This document shows positions 1 through 10,152 of a DNA stretch of 64,000 bases, piece by piece. The stretch's first letter is position 1; each line of letters starts with the position of its first letter. Source of the DNA: a virus (lineage: Duplodnaviria; Caudoviricetes); IMG/VR virus record IMGVR_UViG_3300045999_011354, positions 1,340-65,339 of that record, one strand, 5' to 3'. Below the pieces are notes generated by a model. The model did not search any database. It was not told where the DNA came from and saw only the letters and a list, made by a program, of their open reading frames with translations. Position numbers and translations under genes: made by a program.

Positions 1-1
1 T

Positions 2-3000
2 GCGACTAGCAAGGGGTTTGAATTTACCGAGCGTCCATCGCGCGGATTCCGTCCATTCCGTGAAGCTCAAGGCTTTGGTCGTGGTACGGAAGGTGCAACG
101 CAAGAATTCAACAACATGATGTTGGATTTCAGAAAGCAAATAGCCGAGCTAACGACTCAGCCAGAGATCTTCAGCAATCTTCTTAAGGCGCTTCCAAATT
201 CTCGGATTACGACTGATCTGGTTGGCGCCGCAAATCGTCGTGCGCTTGCATCAGAACTTCCGTCCTTCATGCCCACGCAAAGGATGATGGGGTCTGGTGA
301 GCTAGAAAAAGTAATCACAAGTGCTTTTGCAGATTATTTCCGTACCTTGCGTACTCCAAATCCTTGGGTTGGCGCTGTTGGTGATTATCGTGAATTTATT
401 AATAAAGTTATCGCTGAAACCAAAAAACTTGATACTCAGCAAAAGCTGCTGACTGGTGCAAGAGTCGCTGGTGCTCTTCCGCCATCAAGCAGAGAAGGTC
501 GAATTGCGGAGGCGTATCGCAGGTCCGAAGAGCGTGGCCGTGTCGTGATGGCAGAAGGTGCTTTTGGCGCTGGACAGGCCTCTCTTCCTTCGGCTGGACC
601 TAGAAGCCTCAGCAATTCAATCAGTGATCTGCTTAACAGGATTTCTTCTGCTGTTCGCAGTTCTTTTGGTGGATTTGGCAGCGGCGGGCGCCCTCCTGGC
701 GGCATCGGTGGCGGTGCTGCCGCTGGTGGCACTCCAAATCAAGCTGCACAGCTTCTTGGCCTTGATGCAATTGCTGATATTTCTCGCGTTTCCACCCGTG
801 AACTTGAAGCGTTATCTGCTGCAGCCTCCGAACTTCGCGCTGTTCTTGATCCAACGATTGAAGGATTTGATCGCCTTGACAACCAACTTCGTGAAACGAT
901 TGGGCAGATTGGTCGGCAAATTGAGCGTCGCGCCCCTGAGGCAGGCTTCCTGACTCGCCAATTTGGCCCCAGGACCGCCCGAGGGCTTAGTGAGGGATTA
1001 ATTGGTGGCGCCTTCCCACTTCTGTTTGGGCAGGGCATTGGGGCTGCTGTTGGTGGTGGCGCTGGCGGCTTTGCTGGTGGATTCGCTGGTGGCGGCCTTG
1101 GCTTTGGTTTGTCATTGGTTGGTACTGCGCTGGGCGCAGCGTTTGATACCGCAGTTCAGAGCGCAACTGAACTCGGCGCCGCCCTTCAAAAACCAGTTGA
1201 AAATTTTGATAAATTAACAGAAAAATCATTTTTCTCATCTAAAGCACTTGAAAATACAATCAAAAAAACAATTGAATACGGAGATACTGCTACAGCTTCT
1301 GCTTTGATTCAAGAAGAGTCAATCAAAAAGCTTGGAGTTAACGGAGTTCAAAACTTAAAAATACTTGGCACTGAAAGTGATCGCCTAAATAGGGCATTCG
1401 CTGAGCTTGGGCAGCAAATGCAAGCCGTTGCAGCGGGGCCGCTCTCCGCTGTAACAGGATTTTTTGCAAATATTTTCGGGCAGGCCGCCGCCGCTGGCAG
1501 GGTTCGCATTCTTCGCTCAAACTTAAATGAACAGCAGGCTGGCCAATTCAACCAAGAAATCCTAGGGCGCTTGCAGCAAAGAGGTATTCAGCGTGGATTC
1601 TTTGCGCCAAGCGCGCCTACCGAAGCGGAAATTGGAATGCTTCAGCAGCAGGGCGCCTTGCAGGACATTGTAGATAAATGGCAGGCGATTCAAATCAAGG
1701 GTCAAATTAAGATTGATCCAAAGCAGCGAATTGAGTCTGAAATCAATGCGCTTCAAAAACAGCTTGAAGCAATTGATATTGGTAGGTCGCTCAAGGATCA
1801 GGTAAGAAGTACGGCGAAAGAACAGCAAGATCTGGACAAGCAGCGCTTTGATCTTGTTCGCTCGTATGAAGACAGCATTGCTGGCCTTCGCAGGCAAGTT
1901 GAAGATGAAATCAGAAGCAAGCGCTTCGCAACTCTTGAAAAAGAAAACCAGCTGTTGGATGCACAGGGTCAAATTCGCATCAAGCAGCTTCAAATCGAAA
2001 ATCAAGCTGCAATCGCCAAGGCTGGTGTTGGCGAGCGCCCGGAAATCGAGCAAGCAGCGAAAGAAGTTGCTCAAATTGTTGCGCAGTTCTCCGAGCAGCA
2101 GCTAAGCGCAGAGGAGGAGGCCGCAAGGATCAAGCGGGATGCCGCACTTGAGGCGCAAAAGATTGATTCAGATGCAGCCCAGTTAAAAGTAAATATTGAG
2201 AAAGAAGTTTCTCGATTGAATATTGAGACTGCTCGCAGAGTTGCAGAAATCAACGATCAGGTAAGGCGCAGGAATGAAGAGGTCGATACTCGTCGCTTTA
2301 CAATTGAGCGAGACATCGCCGCCCTTAAACTCAGGCTTTTCCAAGACGAGCTTGCGCTTGCTACAAAAAATGCTGCCCTTCCTCTTGAGGCTCGCCAGCA
2401 AGCATTTGACTTATATGAAGCTGTAGCAAAAGAGCGGTCTGATGTTGAAAAGCTGAAGGCGCCAGCGCCTCTTCGCGGAGTTGGAGCTGTCGGTGGCGGC
2501 GGAGTCTCTACCGCCGGTCTCGATAAAGCTGCATCTGATTACAGAGCTGCTGTTGAAAATTACGTTGCAGCCCAACTAAGACTTAACGAGCTAGATGTAG
2601 TCAAGAGCGCCCAAGAGTTTTCTCTTGGCATTTTATCTCTTGCAAATAAAACAGACGCTGCGTTGACTGCTATTCAGACACGGGAGGCGGATGCAGAAAT
2701 TGAAAGATTGCGCTACATAGAGTTGATTAATGCGGGGCTAACGGATACCGTTGCGCAAAAAATCATAGAGCTTGAAACAACGAAGCAAGTTGCACTTGCT
2801 GTCTACGATACGGCGATTGCTCAGCTTGAAAATAAAATACAAGCCGGTGAGGTCACTGCCCAAGTTGACGCTCAAAACAGAGCGTATTTAGAGCAGATTA
2901 AAATCTTAAAAGATAGAAAAGACGCCATTGAAGGCAAGTTTGGAGCTTTTGATACAAGAACGGGTAAGGGAACCGGGGCAATTGGTGGCGCAGTGCAGTC

Positions 3001-3832
3001 GGAGCCAGGTAAAAAGATTCAAGATTTTATTGCACAGTCAAAAGCTGAGCTAAATGATTTAGAGGCCGTCGCCGTCCGCGTCTCTCAAGGCATTGGTGAC
3101 GCAATTGCAAGTTCAATGGCAAATGGTATCACCGGCTTGATTGAAGGCACGACAACAGCAAAAGAGGTATTTGCTGGGTTCTTGAAAGATGTTGGCAACA
3201 TTTTGATCAAAGAAGGTACGCGCATGATTGGAATGTACGTCGCAATTGGCATCGCAAAGATGTTTGCTGGACTATTCAGTGGTGCGGCTGGTGCAAGCAA
3301 GCCAGCTTTACCTGGATCAATGGGGCAGGCAACAAACACCGGGCTTAACACTGGCGCCGGAAACATTTCGGATATGCTTAGCGGACTCGCTGCAGATGGA
3401 GCCTATTTTGCAAATGGAGTCGCAGCTTTTGCGAAAGGCGGCATGTTTACGAATTCTGTTGTTTCTTCGCCGACTCTCTTTAAGTTTGCAGATGGTGGCG
3501 TTCAGCGCACTGGCCTGATGGGTGAGGCCGGTCCAGAGGCGATCATGCCTCTGCGCCGCTCAGCTAGTGGTCGCCTTGGAGTCGAAGCCAGCGGCCTGCG
3601 CGAGGCAATGAACTCGGGCGCTGGTGGCGGCATGGGCACTCCCTCACTCAACATGACCTTCGAGACCACCAACATTGGAGGCGTGGAGTACGTCAGCCGC
3701 GATCAACTCGAAGCCGCAATGGCCGCTACTCGCCGTGACGCCGCTCGTGACGGCGCAAAACGTGGAATGTCGATGACGCTCGATAAGCTGCAACAAAGCC
3801 CTGGCACTCGTAGCCGAGTGGGACTCCGCTGA
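2..3832 (+). CDS. Tail tape measure protein, 5' end truncated by the window
   Basis: Frame is open from position 2. Long Ala/Gly-rich and coiled-coil protein with a lambda-TMP-like C-terminal motif (FAKGG...GLMGEAGPEAIMPL), upstream of minor tail genes. Confidence 0.9.
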   Translation, partial: ATSKGFEFTERPSRGFRPFREAQGFGRGTEGATQEFNNMMLDFRKQIAELTTQPEIFSNLLKALPNSRITTDLVGAANRRALASELPSFMPTQRMMGSGELEKVITSAFADYFRTLRTPNPWVGAVGDYREFINKVIAETKKLDTQQKLLTGARVAGALPPSSREGRIAEAYRRSEERGRVVMAEGAFGAGQASLPSAGPRSLSNSISDLLNRISSAVRSSFGGFGSGGRPPGGIGGGAAAGGTPNQAAQLLGLDAIADISRVSTRELEALSAAASELRAVLDPTIEGFDRLDNQLRETIGQIGRQIERRAPEAGFLTRQFGPRTARGLSEGLIGGAFPLLFGQGIGAAVGGGAGGFAGGFAGGGLGFGLSLVGTALGAAFDTAVQSATELGAALQKPVENFDKLTEKSFFSSKALENTIKKTIEYGDTATASALIQEESIKKLGVNGVQNLKILGTESDRLNRAFAELGQQMQAVAAGPLSAVTGFFANIFGQAAAAGRVRILRSNLNEQQAGQFNQEILGRLQQRGIQRGFFAPSAPTEAEIGMLQQQGALQDIVDKWQAIQIKGQIKIDPKQRIESEINALQKQLEAIDIGRSLKDQVRSTAKEQQDLDKQRFDLVRSYEDSIAGLRRQVEDEIRSKRFATLEKENQLLDAQGQIRIKQLQIENQAAIAKAGVGERPEIEQAAKEVAQIVAQFSEQQLSAEEEAARIKRDAALEAQKIDSDAAQLKVNIEKEVSRLNIETARRVAEINDQVRRRNEEVDTRRFTIERDIAALKLRLFQDELALATKNAALPLEARQQAFDLYEAVAKERSDVEKLKAPAPLRGVGAVGGGGVSTAGLDKAASDYRAAVENYVAAQLRLNELDVVKSAQEFSLGILSLANKTDAALTAIQTREADAEIERLRYIELINAGLTDTVAQKIIELETTKQVALAVYDTAIAQLENKIQAGEVTAQVDAQNRAYLEQIKILKDRKDAIEGKFGAFDTRTGKGTGAIGGAVQSEPGKKIQDFIAQSKAELNDLEAVAVRVSQGIGDAIASSMANGITGLIEGTTTAKEVFAGFLKDVGNILIKEGTRMIGMYVAIGIAKMFAGLFSGAAGASKPALPGSMGQATNTGLNTGAGNISDMLSGLAADGAYFANGVAAFAKGGMFTNSVVSSPTLFKFADGGVQRTGLMGEAGPEAIMPLRRSASGRLGVEASGLREAMNSGAGGGMGTPSLNMTFETTNIGGVEYVSRDQLEAAMAATRRDAARDGAKRGMSMTLDKLQQSPGTRSRVGLR

Positions 3833-4221
3833 TGACTGCACAATTTCCTAGCGTCAGACCCGCAGAGCGAAGCTTTCGTCCGGGCCAGTACCCGACAAAA
3901 AGTTACCGAGCGCTATCAGGAGCAATTGTCAAACGCGCATTTGGCAACCGAGCGTATGGATACGAGCTGCAGTTAAGCTTCAACAATATCACTGATTCCG
4001 TTACTGCCCAATTTGTTGATCATTACAACAATACAAGAGGTGGATTTGAAAGATTTACTCTTCCCGCTGAACTATTTGTTGGTATGGATGCAAATCTAAC
4101 AAGCAAAATTCAAGCGCCTACGCAAATCAAATGGGAATACTCAGGCCCACCAGACATTAAATCCGTGTTTAACGGAAGAAGCACGGTGACAATTACTTTA
4201 ACAGGGGAGCTTGAGTACTAA
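3832..4221 (+). CDS. Minor tail protein (distal-tail or gpM-like)
   Basis: Translationally coupled to the tape measure gene; size and position typical. Confidence 0.6.
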   Translation: MTAQFPSVRPAERSFRPGQYPTKSYRALSGAIVKRAFGNRAYGYELQLSFNNITDSVTAQFVDHYNNTRGGFERFTLPAELFVGMDANLTSKIQAPTQIKWEYSGPPDIKSVFNGRSTVTITLTGELEY

Positions 4222-4682
4222 TGTCAGAAATTCGCATCGCTCAGTATTTCAAGCTCGTTACCGCAACGCAAACACTGCGCTACCAAAATTACTTTGTTGG
4301 GCAATCGAGTAGCTATCTAAGCGAATCTTACGATTTTGCTCCATTTCGAGCAGAGGGTGCACTTGCATCATTGAATGGTGACAATGAAAATCTGCGCATT
4401 CTTTTCCCGAACATTGAAGTTGCGTTGCGCCTTGTAGAACAAGCAAATGGAAATCGCTTAAGTGAGCTAACATTTGTTACTGCATGGCTGAATGCAAGCG
4501 AGCAAATTATAAATCCAATGACTGATTACTATATTGGAATTGGTGCAAGTTATAGCGAAACAACAATTGAGCTTCGTTTTCGCTCTGCCGTTGACAGCGT
4601 TGGAAGTGGTTTTCCTGCTCGCACGTTAACTCGTGATCTTGTCGGGCCGCTCCCATTGAACAGCGAGCTTTACCTGAGGTGA
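4221..4682 (+). CDS. Minor tail protein (gpL-like position)
   Basis: Coupled ORF in the tail-tip operon. Confidence 0.55.
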   Translation: MSEIRIAQYFKLVTATQTLRYQNYFVGQSSSYLSESYDFAPFRAEGALASLNGDNENLRILFPNIEVALRLVEQANGNRLSELTFVTAWLNASEQIINPMTDYYIGIGASYSETTIELRFRSAVDSVGSGFPARTLTRDLVGPLPLNSELYLR

Positions 4683-5059
4683 ACGATCTAATCGGCCTCA
4701 AGCGAGCCTGGGGCGCCTATCCAGGCGATGGATCTGGAACGGTGGACTGCTGCCTACTGTTTGCCGAAGTTCGCCGTCGATTGGGCTATTACGATCACAC
4801 CCCAGATTTTGCTTGGTACTTTGAGCATTACACCGACGAAACTTTTCCGCGTCGGATAATGGTTAAATGGCTTTTGCAAAATGGAACGCGACTGGACGGC
4901 CCTGAGCCTCATGCTGTTGTTCTGCTGCCTGGCTCAATGGGTGGCGCCATGGGTACAGTATTGAGTGATGGCAACGTGTTGTTCATCACAGAAAAGCTAG
5001 GCGTTGTAATCGCCCCAATCCCCTCAGGCATCGGTCACTACTTTCGCTTGCACAAATGA
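4679..5059 (+). CDS. NlpC/P60-like tail assembly protein (gpK-like)
   Basis: G..VDC motif near the N-terminus; lies just before the tail-tip gene. Confidence 0.6.
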   Translation: MNDLIGLKRAWGAYPGDGSGTVDCCLLFAEVRRRLGYYDHTPDFAWYFEHYTDETFPRRIMVKWLLQNGTRLDGPEPHAVVLLPGSMGGAMGTVLSDGNVLFITEKLGVVIAPIPSGIGHYFRLHK

Positions 5060-8000
5060 TGCGTCGTCTGCTGCCCTATGAACATCAGCTCATCAAAGAG
5101 TTGGGCATCAGCGAAGCTGAGTATTTGGAATTTGCGCAGGCGCAATTTGATCACACTCGCCTGCCTGCGGATAAGCTTGCGACTCCGCAGAACTGGGAAA
5201 CAGTTGCCATCGTCATGACGATTATTGGCGTTCTGTTTCAGGTTGGCGCAGCTTTGCTGGCTCCAAAGCCAGAGCTACCTTCACAGCAGAATCAGCGTCG
5301 TCGCAGGGATCAGGCATTTGCGCCAAGATTTGGGTTTAATTCAGCGCAAGAGCTTGCAAAGTATGGTGATCCAGTCAATCTTGTTTATTGCAATGTAGAT
5401 CAAAATACAACTGGCGGGGTTCGTGTTGCAACATCGCTTGTCTGGTCTGCTGTTCAAAGTCTTGGCTCCAGCCAATTCATGCAAATGATGGCAGTTGTCG
5501 GCGCGAGCAACATTGCGCCGCAGGGAATTGCCTTTGAGCGCACGGCTTTTGGGCAAACACCAGTACGACAATTTAGCAACCATAGCTATTCGCTATATTT
5601 TCGCCAAAATGGCATTTTGCAATTCAGTGATCTTAAGCTAGGGGCAATTACAGATCCGACACGCATAGGAGAAAATAGCAATTCTTACGTTTATCGTGCC
5701 AGCTTGGCCGGTTCACAAAGGAGTGATGGCTTTAGTCAAGCTTTTTCGCCATCGTCTTTGACAAAGTTTGGAATAACTGCGCCGATTCCAATCAATGTAG
5801 ATTACTGCGATAGGTCTTCGACTGGGCAAGAGAGGACTGCACCGTTTGGTATCGAAATTGCAGATCAATATAGAGGTGGATACTGGCCTACGAACAAACT
5901 GGACAATTCTCGTGACGTTGTACCCTTGGGGCATCGCATGGTCATTCGTTTCAGCGTTTTACCGCCGAGAGACGGTCAGGGACAGGTTCGACAGGCCGCT
6001 GGTGAACTTCGTCGAGCCCTTATAAATAATTTTGACCTTGCCAGTACCTACAAGTTGGGTAGCGCGCACTTTCGCGTTGTTGGTCCGCTCGACGATTTAG
6101 AGCTAGAGCAAGATGGAGCAGGCATAACAATTGAATGCGTGCAAGCGGGTATTTGTCCAGAAGAAGACTACGGAACTGTTAATTTTAATCAAAATAGACA
6201 AGAAGCCATCAATGAGGTTGTACGTCTTAATGGTGAAATCGCAGAGCTAGACAGGCTACTTACTTTAAACGAACCTATATTCAAGCCTGGCTTTGCGGAT
6301 GCCGCCAATGCACAGCTAGAAGAATTGCGAGCACGAAAGCAGCAGCTTGCTGATCTAACCGATAGGCAATGGACTGACGATGAATTGGAAGGTATCTTGG
6401 ATGGCAGCATTGCCGTCGACGGACCTGTTAGGCGGGCTGCTGAAATTCTCGATGATATAAGACAGCAGCGTAGAGATGTGCAGTACAAAGTTGACGATGG
6501 ACTGGCTGAGCTGGCAGATCTAGCTCCAGGCAATGCCAGACAAAGAAAAAGAGAAGCCGTCAATGCACTCAAGGCGCAATTAGTTGACTGGAATAATAAA
6601 GTCAAAAAAGCGCAGGCGCGTTTGGATCGGCGAATGGAGCGCTATGGACTAGCAGACAAGTTATATGACTGGGATTACAACAGACAAGAACAGCGATCTG
6701 CTAAACAAGAGCGTGCATACATTATTGATAGAGAAAAAGATATTCTGAACGGGCTCTATCAGCGAGCTGCAGAATCTGGCAACTTAGACCAAGCCGCAAT
6801 GGACACAAGAAATGCTGGCTGGCGAAATCAAAAAAATGAAAAAATCAGCGAGAGAGCTTACTACCAAAGCGTTATCGACAATCCCGAAAAACAAAACGAT
6901 TTCTTTAATACGAAGTGTTTAGTAAAAATTGAAGAAGCTAGCTACGAAACAATTACTTCGTGTCGTATTGTTGACTTTGCTATAAAGGCTCGCGTATTTA
7001 AGCGCATTCAAGGGCGTCAAAAGCAATACGGCGAGGTCACAATAGATAACTACAAAGACAGTGACAACGGAAATAGAATGCGTTCTGCATTTTTTTGGCT
7101 TTTATATCGACGTACCGGTGGCGAGTGGTCGCGTGTGCCGCGCATTTTTGTTGTGCGCAGAGGGCAAGATCTGGATAATTTTATTTCACTCAAATTTATT
7201 GCTGATGATAACAGAGGGAATTGGCAGTTTAAATTTGAGCCGATTGCCGATACGGCCGCAGAAATGCGCCGTCATGGCTTTGCTGATTACGCCTATCTGG
7301 AAGGTGTTGGCGCCGATCAAGAGATTATTGGCTTGGCTGGAGGGAAATTTACCTTTAAAGGAAAGCTGCGCTCGCGCGATGGCTATCTTTCTCGCGTTAA
7401 TCGCAATCCATCCGAGGTAGATGAATGGGGATTGTTCTCCATGCGCTCTGACACGCAGCTATCTTTTAGCTTTGACAATGGACCGGAATTTGAAATCAAA
7501 GCGGTAACAGAGCAAAGCATAGAACCATTTACAAATTATCCATTGCTTTACAATAATTTGACAATGCTTGGATTTAATATTTATAGTGGTCAAGGCGTAC
7601 AAGACCTGCGCTCAATGTCTGTTTTTGTTGAAAGGGGAAAACTCGTCCGCGAACTTTATAGCGATGGAACGTATAGTAGCGTTGAAAACGTTGCAACTAG
7701 CTATGCGCCAGAAGTTTTTCTAGATACAATCTTAGATAAAACTAATGGTATTGGTAAGTATGCTCAAATCGCTGGAATTGATTTAGTTGCGCTTGCAAAA
7801 GCAAAACTTTTCTGTCAGCGCAATGGCCTGTTCTTTGATGGCGTGATTGCCGAAATCACTTCTTGGCGTCAATTCTGGGCGGAGGTGGCACCCTACAGCC
7901 TTTTGGAGTTCGGTCGAATTGGCGGCAAGGAGACTCTTGTTCCGGCCGTCCCTTGCGACGATGCAGGAAATATGATTCGCACGATCCCAATCACGGCAAT

Positions 8001-8703
8001 GTTTACAAGTGGAAATATTCTTGAGGACTCGTATAAAGAAGAGTTTGTTGATTATGGCAGCAGTGTTCAAGATCTTATTGCAACAATTATTTATCGCAGC
8101 ACGGAACAAGAAGGTGTTTTCCCCCGCAATGCAAGCGTTGACGTTTCGTTGCGAGATGTAAACGAAGCAAACGCAATTCGTCAAACATTTGACCTCTCTC
8201 AGTATGTAACGAATCGCGCTCAAGCGATTATGTATGGCAAACTACTTTGCCAACAGCGTCGTCATATCAAAAAGAATATTGAATTTCAGACCTTTCCCAC
8301 GGATAGCGTGCTTAGCCCAGGTGCGTATATTTACGTTGACATCGGGCAAAGAGAATGGCAAAATATTTATAGTGGGCGAATTGAAAGCGGTGGAGCGTTA
8401 AATGTTCCGCTTACGCAAACTGTCCCAAATGGCAACTACAGTGTTCTTTTACACAAAAGCGGTCAGAGTGTAATTAGCACCAGCGCTTCAATTTCAAGTA
8501 ATACTGCAAGCTCTCTTGCCGGGTACGAAGGCTGGTTGTTTGTCTTGGGAACCGCTGTCAAAGCAAAGCGCGTGTTTCGCATCGTTGAAGTTCAAATGGA
8601 GGAAGAAGGCGAAGTTAGCGTCCGGGCCACTGAGCATCCATGCGATGAAAGTGGACAAAGCTTGATTGCTGATTTCAGCGACGGACTTTTCTCGATCCGC
8701 TAA
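5056..8703 (+). CDS. Tail tip / host-specificity protein (gpJ-like)
   Basis: 1215 aa; position after the L/K-like genes; J-like C-terminal region (FFDGVI, F..GNILEDS, EGEVSVRATEHP). Confidence 0.75.
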   Translation: MMRRLLPYEHQLIKELGISEAEYLEFAQAQFDHTRLPADKLATPQNWETVAIVMTIIGVLFQVGAALLAPKPELPSQQNQRRRRDQAFAPRFGFNSAQELAKYGDPVNLVYCNVDQNTTGGVRVATSLVWSAVQSLGSSQFMQMMAVVGASNIAPQGIAFERTAFGQTPVRQFSNHSYSLYFRQNGILQFSDLKLGAITDPTRIGENSNSYVYRASLAGSQRSDGFSQAFSPSSLTKFGITAPIPINVDYCDRSSTGQERTAPFGIEIADQYRGGYWPTNKLDNSRDVVPLGHRMVIRFSVLPPRDGQGQVRQAAGELRRALINNFDLASTYKLGSAHFRVVGPLDDLELEQDGAGITIECVQAGICPEEDYGTVNFNQNRQEAINEVVRLNGEIAELDRLLTLNEPIFKPGFADAANAQLEELRARKQQLADLTDRQWTDDELEGILDGSIAVDGPVRRAAEILDDIRQQRRDVQYKVDDGLAELADLAPGNARQRKREAVNALKAQLVDWNNKVKKAQARLDRRMERYGLADKLYDWDYNRQEQRSAKQERAYIIDREKDILNGLYQRAAESGNLDQAAMDTRNAGWRNQKNEKISERAYYQSVIDNPEKQNDFFNTKCLVKIEEASYETITSCRIVDFAIKARVFKRIQGRQKQYGEVTIDNYKDSDNGNRMRSAFFWLLYRRTGGEWSRVPRIFVVRRGQDLDNFISLKFIADDNRGNWQFKFEPIADTAAEMRRHGFADYAYLEGVGADQEIIGLAGGKFTFKGKLRSRDGYLSRVNRNPSEVDEWGLFSMRSDTQLSFSFDNGPEFEIKAVTEQSIEPFTNYPLLYNNLTMLGFNIYSGQGVQDLRSMSVFVERGKLVRELYSDGTYSSVENVATSYAPEVFLDTILDKTNGIGKYAQIAGIDLVALAKAKLFCQRNGLFFDGVIAEITSWRQFWAEVAPYSLLEFGRIGGKETLVPAVPCDDAGNMIRTIPITAMFTSGNILEDSYKEEFVDYGSSVQDLIATIIYRSTEQEGVFPRNASVDVSLRDVNEANAIRQTFDLSQYVTNRAQAIMYGKLLCQQRRHIKKNIEFQTFPTDSVLSPGAYIYVDIGQREWQNIYSGRIESGGALNVPLTQTVPNGNYSVLLHKSGQSVISTSASISSNTASSLAGYEGWLFVLGTAVKAKRVFRIVEVQMEEEGEVSVRATEHPCDESGQSLIADFSDGLFSIR

Positions 8704-8726
8704 TCTGAGCAGAGACTCTTCTGGTC

Positions 8727-9158
8727 ATGGCTTTTTTCACTGGTCGTACTGGCTCTTTGGTATTTGGGGGCAAGCCCGTTGCAAAGATTCGAGACTGGTC
8801 CCTTGAGACGACAGTAGAACTTCTTTCTACTAATAGCATTAACAGTACCGTAAATACTTTTACTCCTGGTATCAAGGGTGCAACCGGTAGCGCCACTCTG
8901 ATGTACTATCGCCTTGAGGGAGGTGAAAGCGTAAGTCTTACTGAATTTACGGCGCTGCTGTCTAAAATCATGAAAACTGGCGCTGCATCCGAAAGCGATC
9001 GTGTGTTTCTTGAGTTAAATGTTGGCGGAAATGCCGCCGACGACATTAGCTTTTATGCTTACATTACTAGCGCTCAAGTTTCAGCAACAACCGGCGAACT
9101 TAGCGTTGTGCCAATTCAGTTCACAATGGACGGCGATTTTGTTGAGGTAATTGCATAA
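8727..9158 (+). CDS. Tail-tube-fold-like structural protein
   Basis: G.L.FGG..VAKIRDWSLE...GATGSAT pattern resembles tail tube proteins. Confidence 0.5.
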   Translation: MAFFTGRTGSLVFGGKPVAKIRDWSLETTVELLSTNSINSTVNTFTPGIKGATGSATLMYYRLEGGESVSLTEFTALLSKIMKTGAASESDRVFLELNVGGNAADDISFYAYITSAQVSATTGELSVVPIQFTMDGDFVEVIA

Positions 9159-10033
9159 TGACAGTTTTTCTTGGCGGCAATGGCGCTGTTCGATTGCGGC
9201 GTGGATTGCGTTCGCCGCTAATTTCTATTACCGATGAAATAAGTCCAAATGATATTAATACAAGCCTTAATAGGCTTAGTTTTGATTCGTCGGTAGATAA
9301 TTTACTTACTGGCGATAGAGTAGAAATTACTACAACAGACGCACGAGGACTCATCTGTTTTTCACCATCCTCTTGGTCTTCCGGTGCAGTTGAGAGCAGT
9401 ATTTCTGCGTATGTCAATGTCAATGCGGTTGGCGGCTTAAGATTTTTCTCTTCATTTGAGCCAGCAGTAAACAATGATCGCTCTCAGGAATACACTCTTG
9501 CTAGCTTTTCCGACCCAGCGCTTGCTATTGCGTTTTCCGTAAAAGACGCCAAAGACAATTCAGTTGGGGACATTACTAGCTACACTCTGAATACAGAAAG
9601 AGAGGCAATTGATGTAACAGCGCTTAGCGACAAATTTAAACGTCAATACTCTGCTGGAATCATTAGTGGAAGTGGTACCATTGATTGTGTTTTTAATTAT
9701 ACAAACGTAGGTGATAGAGAAAATTCATTGCTACTGATTCAGCTTATTCAACGAGTTGACATTGGTAGCGAGGTAGAGCTTTTTCTTTATTTAACAGACA
9801 AAGATCTTGACATTAATTTAACAACTGTTTTTTATCGCATGGAGGCGATGATTACGCGCTCTGGCGTAACAGTCGGAACAGATGATGTCATTCGATGCAC
9901 GGTTGATTTTGTTACAGTTGGCGAGATTCAGCTTTTGGTTGGCGCGCCCGCTTCTTATATTCTTACGGAAGACGATGATCGCGTTATTATAGAACAATCT
10001 CTTGATTATCTCCTTCAGGAGACTGACGATTAA
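9158..10033 (+). CDS. Structural tail protein with a C-terminal tail-tube-like domain
   Basis: YTLNTEREAIDVTALSD...GIISGSGTIDC resembles the preceding ORF. Confidence 0.5.
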   Translation: MTVFLGGNGAVRLRRGLRSPLISITDEISPNDINTSLNRLSFDSSVDNLLTGDRVEITTTDARGLICFSPSSWSSGAVESSISAYVNVNAVGGLRFFSSFEPAVNNDRSQEYTLASFSDPALAIAFSVKDAKDNSVGDITSYTLNTEREAIDVTALSDKFKRQYSAGIISGSGTIDCVFNYTNVGDRENSLLLIQLIQRVDIGSEVELFLYLTDKDLDINLTTVFYRMEAMITRSGVTVGTDDVIRCTVDFVTVGEIQLLVGAPASYILTEDDDRVIIEQSLDYLLQETDD

Positions 10034-10152
10034 ATTAACGTAGTAATAAATGTTCTCACGATAAAATATCTAGAAGTTTTCATAGCGACCTGCAAAGTTT
10101 TTTCTCGATACACTTGACCTAGACATCCCGCCGACCCTCTGCGCCTGAAGCC

